A stretch of 64,000 nucleotides of DNA from Eledone cirrhosa. Lineage: Eukaryota. The notes under the pieces were generated by a model, which was given only the letters and a program-made list of their open reading frames with translations, was not told where the DNA came from and made no database searches. Shown here in pieces: positions 13,753-27,642 of the stretch; position 1 is the stretch's first letter; the number at the start of each line of letters is the position of its first letter. Location of the stretch: positions 17,918,001 through 17,982,000 of the forward strand of contig OZ024758.1 of assembly GCA_964016885.1 (NCBI GenBank), read 5' to 3'. A program made the position numbers and the translations under genes.

Positions 13753-14409
13753 CACACACAAACATGCCAGGTCCGAACACAAAGGAACCAACCCCCACTG
13801 TCATTTCCCCCGTCTCTCTCCATCTCTCACTATAGAAAAAAGATGAACATTTAATCTTAACAAGCTTTTACCATAGAAGACTATAAATATGATCAAATAT
13901 ATTTATTGCACTCGGAAACAGTTTCTTAAACTTTCAGTCTATCCTGTATAAAAATAAATACAAAATAATATTTTCTATGAAATTATAGTTGGTAACATGA
14001 TGACAATCTATCAAGGTGATTAATCATCTAAATATTATTGTGGATCAAGCGAATATCAATGTGATTTAGTGTCGATTATAACATATTTGAGTAGTTTTGT
14101 TTTCAAAACGTCAGTAATTACAGACGTATTATTTTAAATGATATTAGATTGAAAAAGAGATGCCACTTATTTAGAAAACTATTCGTATGAACATAAATTA
14201 AATCACACTACAGTGAATAAGTTTACCTCCTGGACAAATAACAGGTTTATGCCTTCTGAAACTTATGCCATGATATATATTTAGTTAATTTACTTCATAG
14301 TTGAATGAATATTAGCTGGAACATCACGTGTGAAGGGATCTGATGTACTATGTTTAAGAAGTAACAGGTTTATTTATGTCTTCTGATATTTACCTGATAT
14401 GCCATGATA

Positions 14410-14800
14410 TTCAAATACCGGTCGCTCTCCGACAGGCTTGTGGTTGTACCCTTGGCAGTGGAAACTTCTGGTGTCCTCGGCCCTAGGGCTACTTCCCCAC
14501 TCACCACTATAGGCTCAGCGCCTATAGTGGTGAGTGGGGAAGCTCACCACTCGCGAGCTGGAATGGCTTTTCCAGCGCATCTCCCTTGCCGTACTCCGGG
14601 GAAAACCCTTCTCCATTCTATCCGCCGGGGCTGTGGGGAGGCCACCAATATGATTGACTGACGTGTCATTTTATCAGTCAGATGTTCTAATGATTCTCTC
14701 TATATATATATGTTCATATATATATATCTGTATATATATCTTTGGTTAGAATACTGTATTATTTTGCTTGAGAAGGTACTCTTATATAAAATTTTCGTTT
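14410..14800 (+). mobile_element. 3' fragment of a CRE-like non-LTR retrotransposon
   Basis: KYRSL..VPLAVETSGVLG..IG, then in a shifted frame WLFQRISLAVLRG, typical of CRE-type nuclease C-termini. Relatives at 28245-28485 and 52035-52105. Confidence 0.65.
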
Positions 14801-16689
14801 TGAAAAATACTCGTAGTTAGTTCATAGTTGAACGAAAATTAGACGAAACAGCATGTGTAGTGATTGTATGTGCAGCATGTGTATGTTTAAGAAATACATA
14901 AATAGTTTGCAGTTCTATGTTTAAGAAATAGTCTGGAGTAAACAACGTAATATCAAAGTTTGAGAACCTGTGGACTAAATTGTATATTAAACTTAGTCAG
15001 TCTAAGATACTCTTTCAAATTATGCTGGTTTTAATGTCATATGTTATTCCATCAATCATTATTAAAATCTTTATCAGTACTATACATGGCTTAGTTAAAA
15101 TGTCTATGCTTCTCTCCTATAGAAATTGTTGAATTGATAACTTAAATAGTTGTTATATTTTCTAATGTAATTGTGGTATAAAATTAACTGTTTAACTTTT
15201 CGTAAGTCAATCTATACATCAACAATTGATTAACCATCTTGCTGTCAGTAAAAAGGGATGTTTCATTTCTATACCTTTTCCAAGGGTAATAACAATATAA
15301 TACAATGGAATATCATATTGTGTGTTTGAGTCTATATATGATTCACGGCTAGATTTCCCTGACGTCTCTCGAAATATGATCAATGGTATTCCAGGTGTTA
15401 TAATCCCATCGTTTAAGAGGTACCCTCGATTATCTTATCTAGCATAACTTTCAATTGGATTTAGCTAATGCTGTGCGAGTTGTGTAATTTGATATAGTGT
15501 ACGGCATGGAATTAAGTAAGACGAACATTCAGAGTCTTAATTGTTGGTTCAAAGCTTCCTCTATAAAATACAGTACCGTGCCTACCTTCATAAAGTAGGC
15601 TAAAGTTTGTATTAATGTGTTAGATAAGGAATGAAAGTTAGTAATCACACCTATACAAGTTTTTTTAGCCGCCTATGGTATTCTAATGATAGGAGCCTTA
15701 GTCAAATCATGAAAAGCAACATGACATGAAGTTTAAGAACACAGTGGGGCCCCAGATCCAGAAATTGAATACATACCCTCATTTTCTTAAGTTAGGCCAT
15801 ATGATTTCACACCTTATGAGTCCGAACATTATTCAACAAAATATGATTTCTGTTTGGCCACTACAAATAAAATCTTATAGCTTCGGAACAGAAGAACATG
15901 CCAAATTCTGCAGTTCTGAACAGAGGCACATATAGGTAGGGTATATTCAAGGTATTATATAGAACTCTCACCTGGGATTTGGGATTATATGAATTAGGAA
16001 AATATAGCTGTTACGTTAACAATATATTTACAGAATCTTTAAACTAATAGAACAATGAGAAATGACTGAAGCTATATCAAACATTGACATATGTATAGGA
16101 GATTCTGTTCCTTCACAAGTATTATAATATAACAATAAATGACGTTTCCAAAATCTTGTGAAATGCCCGACTCATAAATCAGAGACATTGTAACAAACAA
16201 ACAGTCATACTTCATTTCTCGTTTTCCGACTTTTCTCCTAAGACCTATCACCTAACATCTATTCATTATATGGAATTATTTGTCAGTTTTACGTCATGAA
16301 CGCTTTTAGAATTAATAGCTTTATTGACTGGATCTTTTCTTTCTTACTTCATCGCACTCTTTCCTCATTATCGTTATCCAGCCCACCCTCTCTTCCCCTC
16401 TTTTTCCCTCACCCTCACGCACTCTCCGAAGTGATTTCCTTTTAAATAAAAGGTTTCTTTTTTCATTTCATCAGAATTATGTTCTGTAGCTATTATATTC
16501 CAAGATAGCCTGTAGCTTTGAGCAGCGATGAATATTAATCTATATACATTCCAATAAAGACTTCTGAGACAAATTATGTTATGGTATTTATTTTTTTTAT
16601 AGCGATTTGTACTAAGGAAAGTTCAATAACATGAGCTATCCTGCTGAACTTATATCCTCTTTGAAACGGATGTATAGAAAAACATCTCA

Positions 16690-17000
16690 GTTACAGTTAG
16701 TTATGGCATTACTAGCTGGTTATAGTATTTATATTACGTCTAGTTATGGTATTACTAGCTGGTTATAGTATTACTATTACTAGTTGGTTATAGTATTACT
16801 ATTACGTCTAGTTATGGTATTATTAGCTGGTTATAGTATTACTATTACGTCTAGTTATGGTATTACTAGCTGGTTATAGTATTATTATTCCGTCTAGTTA
16901 TGGCATTACTAGCTGGTTATAGTATTACTATTATGTCGATTTATGGTATTACTAGCTGGTTATAATATTACTATTACGGCGAGTTCAAGTATTAGTAGCT
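16690..17000. repeat. ~43-bp minisatellite, about 7 units
   Basis: Unit ctagttatggtattactagctggttatagtattactattacgt. Confidence 0.9.
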
Positions 17001-17124
17001 GGCCCCGTGCCGTTAAAAATGACGGCTAAAGGGTAGATGTGTATTTGTATATACATTTCAACTGGGGTCATAGTCTTGATAATTCTAATGTATTTCTATA
17101 TTACTATGGACCTGGCTCTTTGGA

Positions 17125-17400
17125 CAACACATACACACACATACACTTACACACACATACACTCGCACACACATAGAATCACACACACATAGTCACACAC
17201 ATATAGACTCACACACATACACTCACACACACATAGACTCACACACACATATAGTCAAACACACATAGACTCACACACATAGACTCCCACACACATAGAC
17301 TCAGCACATAGACTCACACACATAGACTCACACACATAGACACACAGAGACTCACACACACATAGACTCACACACATATGCTCACACACAAACACTCACA
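17125..17400. repeat. Short-unit CA-rich tandem repeat
   Basis: Repeated cacacacatagact units. Confidence 0.85.
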
Positions 17401-17559
17401 AAAGTGTAGCCAATCTAGGAACGCTAGTTAAAAATAATTATTACATGCACACACCTCTACACAAACATACACATAAACAGACACAGATAAGTTCTTAGCT
17501 ATTTTGAATTCATTTCTGGCGGGGATCATGGTAGAAGAATCTTAGTCCACTCTGGGGTA

Positions 17560-17643
17560 TCTCCTGATGAGTTTCGAGTCTCGTGGATTTATACAAGACC
17601 GGATATATAAAAAAAATGGAACGAAATCACCGGTTGGTAGAGA
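17560..17643 (+). ncRNA. Type I hammerhead motif with large stem II insert
   Basis: tctc-CTGATGA-gtttc...ggaac-GAAA-tca(ccggt)tgg-TA-gaga. GUA triplet. Confidence 0.7.
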
Positions 17644-17930
17644 CGATGAGGATTTTGGTAAAATTTATGTGCATTTTTACTTCTAACTTCAATTTTGTAC
17701 CTAATTCCGTGTCAACCATTTGTCAAGTCAATTTCTACAGGCTAGGAGAAATAGTAGGTAAGTGTATATGGCTGTACATCGCTGAAAAGAATCGATATCA
17801 TTTGTCTATTATTTCTCATAAGTACATTTTAAACTTATAGCCTCGTTTAAATGATTTTTTTGTATGGTTGATTTATACTGATTGGGAGAGGAAATACTGT
17901 ATATATTTTATCTAATGATTCATTGGACAT

Positions 17931-17995
<65 letters not shown>

Positions 17996-18035
17996 AACCC
18001 GACCTTCCCCTCAATCTATCTTATTTCTCATTCAT

Positions 18036-18071
18036 TCTTCTGATGAAGGACTAGCGTCCGAAACGTTAAGA
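18036..18071 (+). ncRNA. Minimal type I hammerhead with loopless stem III
   Basis: tctt-CTGATGA-a-ggac(tagc)gtcc-GAAACGTT-aaga. Lies in a ~165-bp repeat (17993-18158) also present at 32285-32447, where GAAA is degraded. Confidence 0.8.
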
Positions 18072-18446
18072 CTCTCTTTCTGCTATTTCAAGCGTTAACC
18101 TAATATATTCCTTCTATATGCTGTACTGAGTGTGTTGTTATTTCTGTTTACCTTTTACACGCACACGCACACGCGGGCGCGCTCACACACACACACACGC
18201 ACACGCACACACACATATATAGATTTAGAATTTTATCTCTCACCCTAAATGAGGAAACTCAGCCGATGCGTACTTCAGTAAATACTTTATATTTTTTCAA
18301 CCGTTCAGCAGACTGCTGTTCAACATGCGGCTGACGATCGATCACCGGCACGGCACAGCTTCAGATCGAGCCGTTTGTTTACAAACGAATCGAACATTAT
18401 TTTTAATGTTCGATATAACCCATCCGTACATACGTATATATGTGTG

Positions 18447-18523
<77 letters not shown>

Positions 18524-18572
18524 GTGTGCATATACTTATGCACACAGACACAAACACACACGGATATCTCTC

Positions 18573-18670
<98 letters not shown>

Positions 18671-19246
18671 AGGAGGTTATAGTTCACTTGAAGCATTGTG
18701 TAATGAGGTATAAACGTTAGAATATGTGTAATAAGGCCAAGACAATGCAGATATGGACATAGAAAAAAGAATGCAATAGTGAAAGATATTGATGAGAATT
18801 CGTCTTTCACCTTGAATTTATTTAAATGTCCTTAATTTTCGAGATAATATCTCTTCTTCGGAGGGAAGTAAACGTCTCAGACCAGCGTCTAAATTTCCAA
18901 TGAAGCCATGCTGACCGGAAATAGTATAGAGTTCTAACTTTAATATCAAAGAATTAAAATTAGGTGGGTAAAGAGTAGTCTCCCTTTAAGAGGGGTTTGT
19001 TTATGTTTTTGTTGTGTTTTTTTAAATTTTAAATGCGTGCCTGTATATGTGTGTGGGAGAAAGCATGAAGGTGTAGGTATGTGGGTGTGTGTGTGTGAGT
19101 GTGGGAAGATAGGTCTAATCGTAAAAGTGGGGGGTAGGTGTTATCTGGTGTTAGAACTGGTTTTGTGTGTGTATGTGTGAGAGAGAATAAGTGGAGATGT
19201 GCGCGTGCGTGTGTGTGGGGTGTGTAAAGTGGGGCTAGAGGCCCTA

Positions 19247-20283
19247 TCAGGTTATAAATTGGGTGTTGAGCTCTAGTCTATTATTGATTGGTGGATGTGT
19301 TCTATCTATAATGAGTGCTTCCTTGATTCTAAGATTGCCGAGGTTTCTTTCCTTAGTTTCTATCCTAACTGTTATGTTTTTATCAGTGTTTTTGCATTTA
19401 ACTAGGTGTTTCTTAAATGAGGAAGCGTTAGTATTGAGGTGTTCTTTTATTCTTATGTGGAGTGGTCTGGTGGTGCTACCTACGTAGAAGTTGTTGCATT
19501 TGTCGCACTCTAGTCTGTAAACTACGTAAGCCTGGTGGCATAGGTCTGTGTCGTTGATGGGGCAGTTGGCTAGTCTGCAGCAGTTGTCATGTCTGGTGGA
19601 GTGTCTCTTAGCTAGCCGTCCACGCAAAGAAGGACCCGAATGGGCCAGTTGAATATCCAGACCTTCTCGTCTGATGGCTCTGCGGATGGCTGTTGTTGTT
19701 TCTTCACTGAAGTGTGGGAGCTTCAGGAAGCAAGTGTTAGTGCCTCGGGTGTGGTGTCCTCTGTTCTTTCTGGCACGGTTTGTGGTGGATGTCGTGTATC
19801 CGTTCAGTTTGAGTACTTCCAGGAAATGTGTGGTGTGTGTGTCTCGGTCTCTGGCGTCGGTGCATTTGTTCTTGATACGTGCCAGTTCGTTCTTTATGTA
19901 TCCGAACTTGGCACCGAGTGGGAGGGCCGATCTGAAATGTACGAACAGGTCCCTGCTGGCGGCTTTTTTATAGAAGCAGGTGTGGATGTTGCCTTCCTCT
20001 GTTACCCTGAGTTGGAAGTCCAGCAGGGATAGGGATCCGCGGTCATCGGGGTGTTCTATGCTGAACTTTATACTGGCGTCCATGCTGGAGAATGTTGTGT
20101 ATATTTTCTCTGCCTCCTCACGGGATGATGTAAGGATGAGTATGTCATCTACATATCGGGTGAAGAAGGCATGGGAATGGCAGGTGTTGAGGGCTCGGCA
20201 TTCTACTTGGTTCATGTAAGTGATGGCCAGCAGGCCAGAGAGGCTGGATCCCATGGGTAATCCTGTTGTCTGTCTGTAATCCT
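19247..20283 (-). pseudogene. PLE reverse transcriptase C-terminal half + Cys linker + GIY-YIG endonuclease
   Basis: YRQTTGLPMGSSLSG, RYVDD, LSLLDF, FYKK, H..SA.P, VVY.LEC..C..FYVGST..L..R..EH, EALII..HP.IN. The frame is uninterrupted but 5'-truncated. Confidence 0.9.
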
Positions 20284-20285
20284 GT

Positions 20286-20822
20286 ACAAACCGTGCCAGA
20301 AAGAACAGAGGACACCATACCCGAGGCACTAACACTTGCTTCCTGAAGCTCCCACACTTCAGTGAAGAAACAACAACAGCCATCCGCAGAGCCATCAGAC
20401 GAGAAGGTCTGGATATTCAACTGGCCCATTCGGGTCCTTCTTTGCGTGGACGGCTAGCTAAGAGACACTCCACCAGACATGACAACTGCTGCAGACTAGC
20501 CAACTGCCCCATCAACGGCACAGACCTATGCCACCAGGCTTACGTAGTTTACAGACTAGAGTGCGACAAATGCAACAACCTCTACGTAGGTAGCACCACC
20601 AGACCACTCCACATAAGAATAAAAGAACACCTCAATACTAACGCTTCCTCATTTAAGAAACACCTAGTTAAATGCAAAAACACTGATAAAAACATAACAG
20701 TTAGGATAGAAACTAAGGAAAGAAACCTCGGCAATCTTAGAATCAAGGAAGCACTCATTATAGATAGAACACATCCACCAATCAATAATAGACTAGAGCT
20801 CAACACCCAATTTATAACCTGA
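20286..20822 (+). pseudogene. Inverted copy of the PLE GIY-YIG domain
   Basis: Same peptide as the end of the minus-strand ORF, with a few substitutions. Confidence 0.85.
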
Positions 20823-21204
20823 TAGGGCCTCTAGCCACACTTTACACACCCCACACACACGCACGCGCACATCTCCACTTATTCTCTCTCACACATACAC
20901 ACACAAAACCAGTTCTAACACCAGATAACACCTACCCCCCACTTTTACGATTAGACCTATCTTCCCACACTCACACACACACACCCACATACCTACACCT
21001 TCATGCTTTCTCCCACACACATATACAGGCACGCATTTAAAATTTTAAAAAACACAACAAAAACATAAACAAACCCCTCTTAAAGGGAGACTACTCTTTA
21101 CCCACCTAATTTTAATTCTTTGATATTAAAGTTAGAACTCTATACTATTTCCGGTCAGCATGGCTTCATTGGAAATTTAGACGCTGGTCTGAGACTTTTA
21201 CTTC

Positions 21205-21239
21205 CCTCCGAAGAAGAGATATTATCTCGAAAATTAAGG
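21205..21239 (+). ncRNA. PLE 3'-region minimal hammerhead, U4C variant (mirror copy on minus strand at 18830-18864)
   Basis: cct-CCGAAGA-a-gagat(att)atctc-GAAAATTA-agg. Sense to the PLE ORF, ~120 nt from the arm end. Confidence 0.7.
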
Positions 21240-21353
21240 ACATTTAAATAAATTCAAGGTGAAAGACGAATTCTCATCAATATCTTTCACTATTGCATTC
21301 TTTTTTCTATGTCCATATCTGCATTGTCTTGGCCTTATTACACATATTCTAAC

Positions 21354-21405
<52 letters not shown>

Positions 21406-21651
21406 TATACATGATGATCTACAAGTTAATTTCATGTATAATTTCTTAATAAATATATATTCGAGATCCATTATTTATCACATAGTGACATGGGTCATAT
21501 TGCCAAATTATATCTAATTAACCGGTTAGAATTATACATGAATACATACTTCGATTATAGAAATTTGAAGTACTGTGGAAGCTTAATGTGTCTCCAATTA
21601 CAACACGTATATATATATATATACGTGTGTATATATATATATCTATCTATA

Positions 21652-22015
21652 TAAGGCGGGTAAAATTCCCGAGATCCATGGACGAGTTCTCTCCAGCGGT
21701 CTCTGTCCCTCATTATCGCTGCCATGTCCTGCGTCTCCAACAGACCAGTGTCTGTCCTTAGGGCATCAACATACGTTAACCTTGGTCTTCCTCTTCTAGT
21801 GTGTCCATGTAGGGGCTCGCACAGGGGCACTGAGTGCAATGTCAACTCTGGATGTCGGGGAGCATGTCCAGCTAACCTCAGTCTCCTCCGTGTCACTTTT
21901 GAGCTGACTTTTGGGATGCTCCCATACAGCTCTGAGTTTTTCATCCTCAGTGTATACTGATTAATGTTCAGAGCCATCCTCAGCATTCTCGTGTAGCACC
22001 CATCCACCATCTGAG
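21652..22015 (-). mobile_element. 3' fragment of an RTE-clade LINE
   Basis: DGCYTRMLR.ALNI..RRRLRLAGH..RH..RRGRP..TYVD.L..D..M.DR..WR, an RTE-type C-terminus. Confidence 0.75.
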
Positions 22016-22173
22016 TGAGTTTATATATATATAGGAAAAAGTATGACCCCGACGGCAGAGTACAAGCCGTTTCGACGGCTATATCTGGACTAGATTACAA
22101 TTTTTACCCTGTAGTAGAGCACTTTCCGACTCTACCACGCCATATCCCGACTTTTCCACCCATCTCAAGTTTG

Positions 22174-22208
<35 letters not shown>

Positions 22209-22210
<2 letters not shown>

Positions 22211-22597
22211 AAAGTTTTATTTAAGATTGTTGGGTTACAACGAGTAAATATTTTATAACTGATATAAAAGCACTCGAGAGTTTCTGGAGTAGGTTTACGA
22301 TATTAAACAAATGGAAACTATATTTATAAAACCATATTTATTTCGTTATATATATTTCTGGGATATCATATTAAAAATATGTTATGCCTTCCTCAGACAA
22401 AATACAATACATACCAAATCAACTTTTTTAAAAGGAAGTTGCATTCTCAAAAGGTATGTCACTAATTATTTATAAAACAGCTTATGTATTGTATTTTGTC
22501 TGAGGAAGGCATAACATATTTTTAATATGATATCCCAGAAATATATATAACGAAATAAATATGGTTTTATAAATATAGTTTCCATTTGTTTAATATC

Positions 22598-22599
<2 letters not shown>
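22209..22599. mobile_element. Fold-back family A, second copy, with HHRs at 22342-22401 (-) and 22495-22554 (+)
   Basis: Homologous to 1747-2173 with the same outer ends but a different apex. CTGAGGA...GAAAtatataTAacgaa retained. Confidence 0.85.
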
Positions 22600-22670
<71 letters not shown>

Positions 22671-22759
22671 GGTATATATATACACATACAACATATACTC
22701 ATACATAGGCAAGACATTTCTACATATACACAATATAAACACACAGAGAGACACATATA

Positions 22760-23206
22760 CACACATACATATAGAGATTTTAATCTCTACATATATAGAC
22801 ATACACACACACACAGACACACACACACACATACATATATAGACTTTAATCTCGGCATATATAGATATACAGACACACATACACACAGACACACACACTC
22901 ACATAGATACACATACATAGAGACTTTAATCTGTATATATATAGATGTACACACACACAGACACACATATAGAGACTTTAATCTCTACATATATATACAT
23001 ACAGACACAGACACACAGACACACACTTATAGAGATTTTAATCTGTACATATATGGACATACACACACATACATACACACACACACATACACACATACAC
23101 ACATACACACACATATAGAGACTTTAATCTCTACATATATAGACATACAGACACACAGACTCACATACAGACACATATATAGAGAGTTTAATCTGTACAT
23201 ATATAG

Positions 23207-23250
<44 letters not shown>

Positions 23251-24970
23251 ACATACACACACACATATAGAGACTTTAGTCTCTACATATATAGACATAC
23301 ACACACGCATACACACACGCATAGAGATCTTAATCTCTACGTATATAGATACACACACAGGCACACATACACATACACATAGAGACTTTAATCTCTACAT
23401 ATATAGACATATACACACAGATACACATACACACACACACATATATATACTTTAATTTCTACATATATAGATGTCCAGACACACATACACACATACACAC
23501 AAAAATAGAGACTTTAGTCTCTACATATATAGACATACACACACACACAGACACACATACACACATACATATCGATACTTTTATCTCTACATATATAGAT
23601 ATACAGATACACAGACACACATACACACACATATAGAGACTTTAGTCTCTACATATATAGATATACAGACACACACACTCACACACATATACAGACTTTA
23701 ATCTCTACATATATAGATATACAGACACACAGACATACATACACACATATAGAGGCTTTAATGTGTACATATATAGATATACAGACACACATACACACAT
23801 ACACACACATATAGAGACTTTAATCTCTACATATATAGATATACAGACACACACACTCACATACACACACACATATAGAGACTTTAATCTCTACATATAT
23901 AGATATACAGACACACATACTCACATACACACACACATATAGAGACTTTAATCTCTACATATATAGATATACAGACACACATACACACATACACACACAC
24001 ATAGAGAGACTTTAATCTCTACATATATAGATATACAGATACACACACACATACACACACATATATAGAGACTTTAATCTCTACATATATAGATATACAG
24101 ACACACATACACACATACACACACATATATATACTTTAATCTCTACATATATAGATATACAGACACACATACACACACACATATAGAGACTTTAATGTGT
24201 ACATATATAGATATACAGACACACACACACACACATATAGAGGCTTTAATCTCTACATATATATATATACAGACACACAGACACACATACACACACACAT
24301 ACACATATAGAGGCTTTAATCTGTACATATATAGATATAGAAACACACAGACATGCATACACACATATAGGGACTTTAATCTGTAGATATATAGATATAC
24401 AGACACACATACACACACATATATAGAGGCTTTAATCTCTACATATATATACAGACACACAGACACACAGACACACATACACACACACATACACATATAG
24501 AGGCTTTAATCTGTACATATATAGATATACAGACACACATACTCACACACATATAGAGGCTTTAATCTCTACATATATATACAGACACACAGACACACAG
24601 ACACACATACACACACACATACACATATAGAGGCTTTAATCTGTACATATATAGATATACAGACACACATACTCACATACACACACTAATATAGAGACTT
24701 TAATCTGTAGATATATAGATATACAGACACACATACACACACACATATAGAGACTTTAGTCTACATATATAGATATACAGACACACAGACACACACACAC
24801 AGACACACACACACACACATAGAGAGACTTTAATCTCTACATATATAGATATACAGATACACACACACATACACACACATATATAGAGACTTTAATCTCT
24901 ACATATATAGATATACAGACACACATACACACATACAGACACACATATAGAGACTTTAATGTGTACATAC
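22760..24970. repeat. ~55-65-bp minisatellite with constant core and variable CA spacer
   Basis: Core atatagagactttaatctctacatatatagatatacagacac repeated more than 30 times. Confidence 0.92.
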
Positions 24971-25690
24971 ACAGATATATAAACATATATACATAGGGAT
25001 GTGACACATCTACAACACAAACATAGACAAACACCAACACACAGTCACACACACATACAAACACACACACACACACACATATATTAACGGAACACCTGTA
25101 CATACACTTACATACACAGGCACACAAACCCAGGCACACACACACACAGACACACACACCCAGGCGCACACACACACACATACACAGTCACACACTCCCG
25201 GACACACACACACACACACACAGACACGCACATATACACACACTCCCTGATATATACACACACACAAAGGCACACACACAATCACACACACATACACACA
25301 CAGAGACACACATGCAGATACAGAGATATCTACATACACATACAGACACGGACAGACTCAATAACACACACACATACACACATACACACACACGCACACA
25401 CAAACAGACAGACAGACACACAAGCAGATACAGATACAAAGACGAGAAATATATCTACATACAAACAGACACAATAACATACACACACAGACACAATAAC
25501 ATACACACACAGACACACAGACGAGATATATCTACATAGACACAGACACAATAACATACACACACAGACACAAATACGAGATATATCTACCTACACTCAG
25601 ACACAATAACATATACACACAGACACATAGACGAGATATATCTACATAGAAACATACAAACACAATAGCACAGACACATGCATACATATA
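24970..25690. repeat. Degenerate CA-rich tract grading into a ~60-bp unit repeat
   Basis: acgagatatatctacat...acacaataacatacac units at 25440-25680. Confidence 0.75.
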
Positions 25691-26317
25691 CGTAATTATA
25701 TAATCACCGTTTATATATTTCTTTACACACATTGTCACATTTATACAAATTTCATTTCTCAGACGTATTTAATTACTACTTACTGTGAAGAGTTTACTTC
25801 TTTTTAACATTTAAACTATTCAGCTAATGTGATTTAGGAAATTCTCCACCCAGACTAATAGGTTTGTATAACTCAGCTATAGTTTAATTGATTGCCTACC
25901 TTTAATGATTTCAAGTTGCCAATATATTCCTATAGAGAATTTTATCTCAAGATGAATACACCTCAAGAAATGATGTTTTGTACGTCTGGCACTATATTTG
26001 ATTAGAGTTTGAGGGGTGTTTCAATACTTGTATGTGTTAGCACATTGAATCATTCAACAAGCAATGATTTGAAGTCTTGTATTAAGTTGAGTGCATTGTT
26101 TTAAAGTTTGATCTGTCGAGATCATATCGTTGGCATTGCTGTTATGCTTACTTAGGTTAAACATGATTACTGAATTATCAAATCAAGCAGCAACACACAT
26201 TCCTGTCTGAGTATATTCGCACATCTATAAACTATAATAAAGTAAGGAGTGTGAGACTGCGTCCAGAATATATTTTTTTTATCCCGTTTGTAAAATAAGT
26301 TGGATTACTTTGAATAA

Positions 26318-26492
26318 ATAATTGTTTCTACGTTTGGCACAAGGCCAGCAATTACCCAGTGCATTACTGGTACTTTATTTTATCGACCCCGTAAGGATGA
26401 AAGGCAAAGTTAACCTCGGCGGGATTTGAACTCAGATTGGCAAGGGCCGTAACTCTATGCGTGAAAGCTTGGCGTCCGACTCTCTACCGATA
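26318..26492 (-). mobile_element. SINE copy with apparent ~14-bp target-site duplication
   Basis: SINE consensus with tttgaataaataat on both sides (~26309-26322 and ~26494-26507). Confidence 0.85.
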
Positions 26493-27206
26493 TTTTGAAT
26501 AAATAATGAATGAATATTACATAATTTATCTACGAAATTTCGTTATATTTGATTAAATATAAATAATTTTATTACTTATTTAAAGATTCACTTCTTTGAC
26601 ATTTTCAAATGCCAGCACTTTCTGTTAGCGATCGCTTCATATATTTACGCCACTAATTTTCTCCTAATGCAGTTTATATATAATATCGTCTTTTTTTAAT
26701 GTATCATGGATTAATTTACTGATTACATGAGACAGTGTAACGCAGTCTTTGTTCAATTTCTGTGTATATTGTCAATTACGATGTTATTTGATGTATCATA
26801 TCTAAATACATATATACTTGCGTATAATATCAATATGCACACTACAGACGCCAGCAGAAAACCACCAAAGAGTGCTTTTTCTGCTAGTATTTAATAATTA
26901 TTTGTATTTCCAGCACAAAATATATAGACCAATAAAAATACTTAATGACTTGAATAACTGATTATGTTATTACCATTGGAAAATTTAAATGTATCTGATA
27001 TAGAAATTATTCGGGAAATATATCGATTACAAACATATCGATCTCAATGAAAACATTAATTATTTTTAGCATAATTATTAGCGGAGGAATATATCTATAG
27101 GTACCCAAATATATTGAGTTATTCGATGATTCTATCCGAGACAGTATTTCAGAAAAAAAAGTATGCGAACCGTTTATGATAGCTGAAAGTATTTGGTTGG
27201 AACATA

Positions 27207-27642
27207 GTTGTTTCTAGTTTTGGCACAAGGCCAGTGCATTACTGGTACTTTATTTTATCGACCCCGTAAGGATGAAAGGCTAAGTTAACCTCGGCGGGAT
27301 TTGAACTCAGAATGGCAAGGGCCGTAATTCTATGCGTTAAAGCATGGCGTCCAGCCCTCTACCGATACTGCCAATCCATCTGGTTGAGGCACAAAGCCAG
27401 TGACTAGTACTTTATTACGTGACTGGTACTTTATTATACAGTTTCAGTAGAGAGTCAGAAACCATGCTTTGCATCATAGAGTTACGGTCCTTTACGATCT
27501 GAGTTAAAATCCCGCCGAGGTTAAATTTTCTTTTTATCCTTACGGGGTCGATAAATTAAAGTATCAGTCACGCACTGGGGTCGATTTAATCTACTTTCAC
27601 CTACCCAGAATTGCTGGCCTTGTGCCTATATAAGAAACCATT
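27207..27642. mobile_element. Two head-to-head SINE copies (27207-27380 minus; 27440-27642 plus)
   Basis: SINE consensus in both orientations. Confidence 0.8.

Larger units (their letters stand above)
18669..21360 (-). mobile_element. 5'-truncated Penelope-like element with inverted 3' duplication, in (TA)n
   Basis: Main copy 18669-20285 (minus). Inverted copy 20286-21360 matches 18709-19783. TA tracts on both sides. Confidence 0.92.

Noticed and set aside
18325-18415. CTGACGA followed by hairpins
   Set aside because: No properly placed GAAA, NUH and closing stem I, so not counted as a hammerhead.
19247-20283. Naiad-type selenoprotein PLE, considered because of the TA targeting
   Set aside because: The endonuclease is C-terminal to RT and no in-frame UGA is seen in the retained ORF.
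20284-20395. N-terminal 37 aa of the 382-aa minus-strand ORF
   Set aside because: Antisense read-through of the inverted copy fused at the junction, not a true start.
22760-24970. CRISPR-like repeat/spacer appearance
   Set aside because: Spacers are only CA-repeat length variants rather than unique sequences, the context is eukaryotic, and there are no cas genes.
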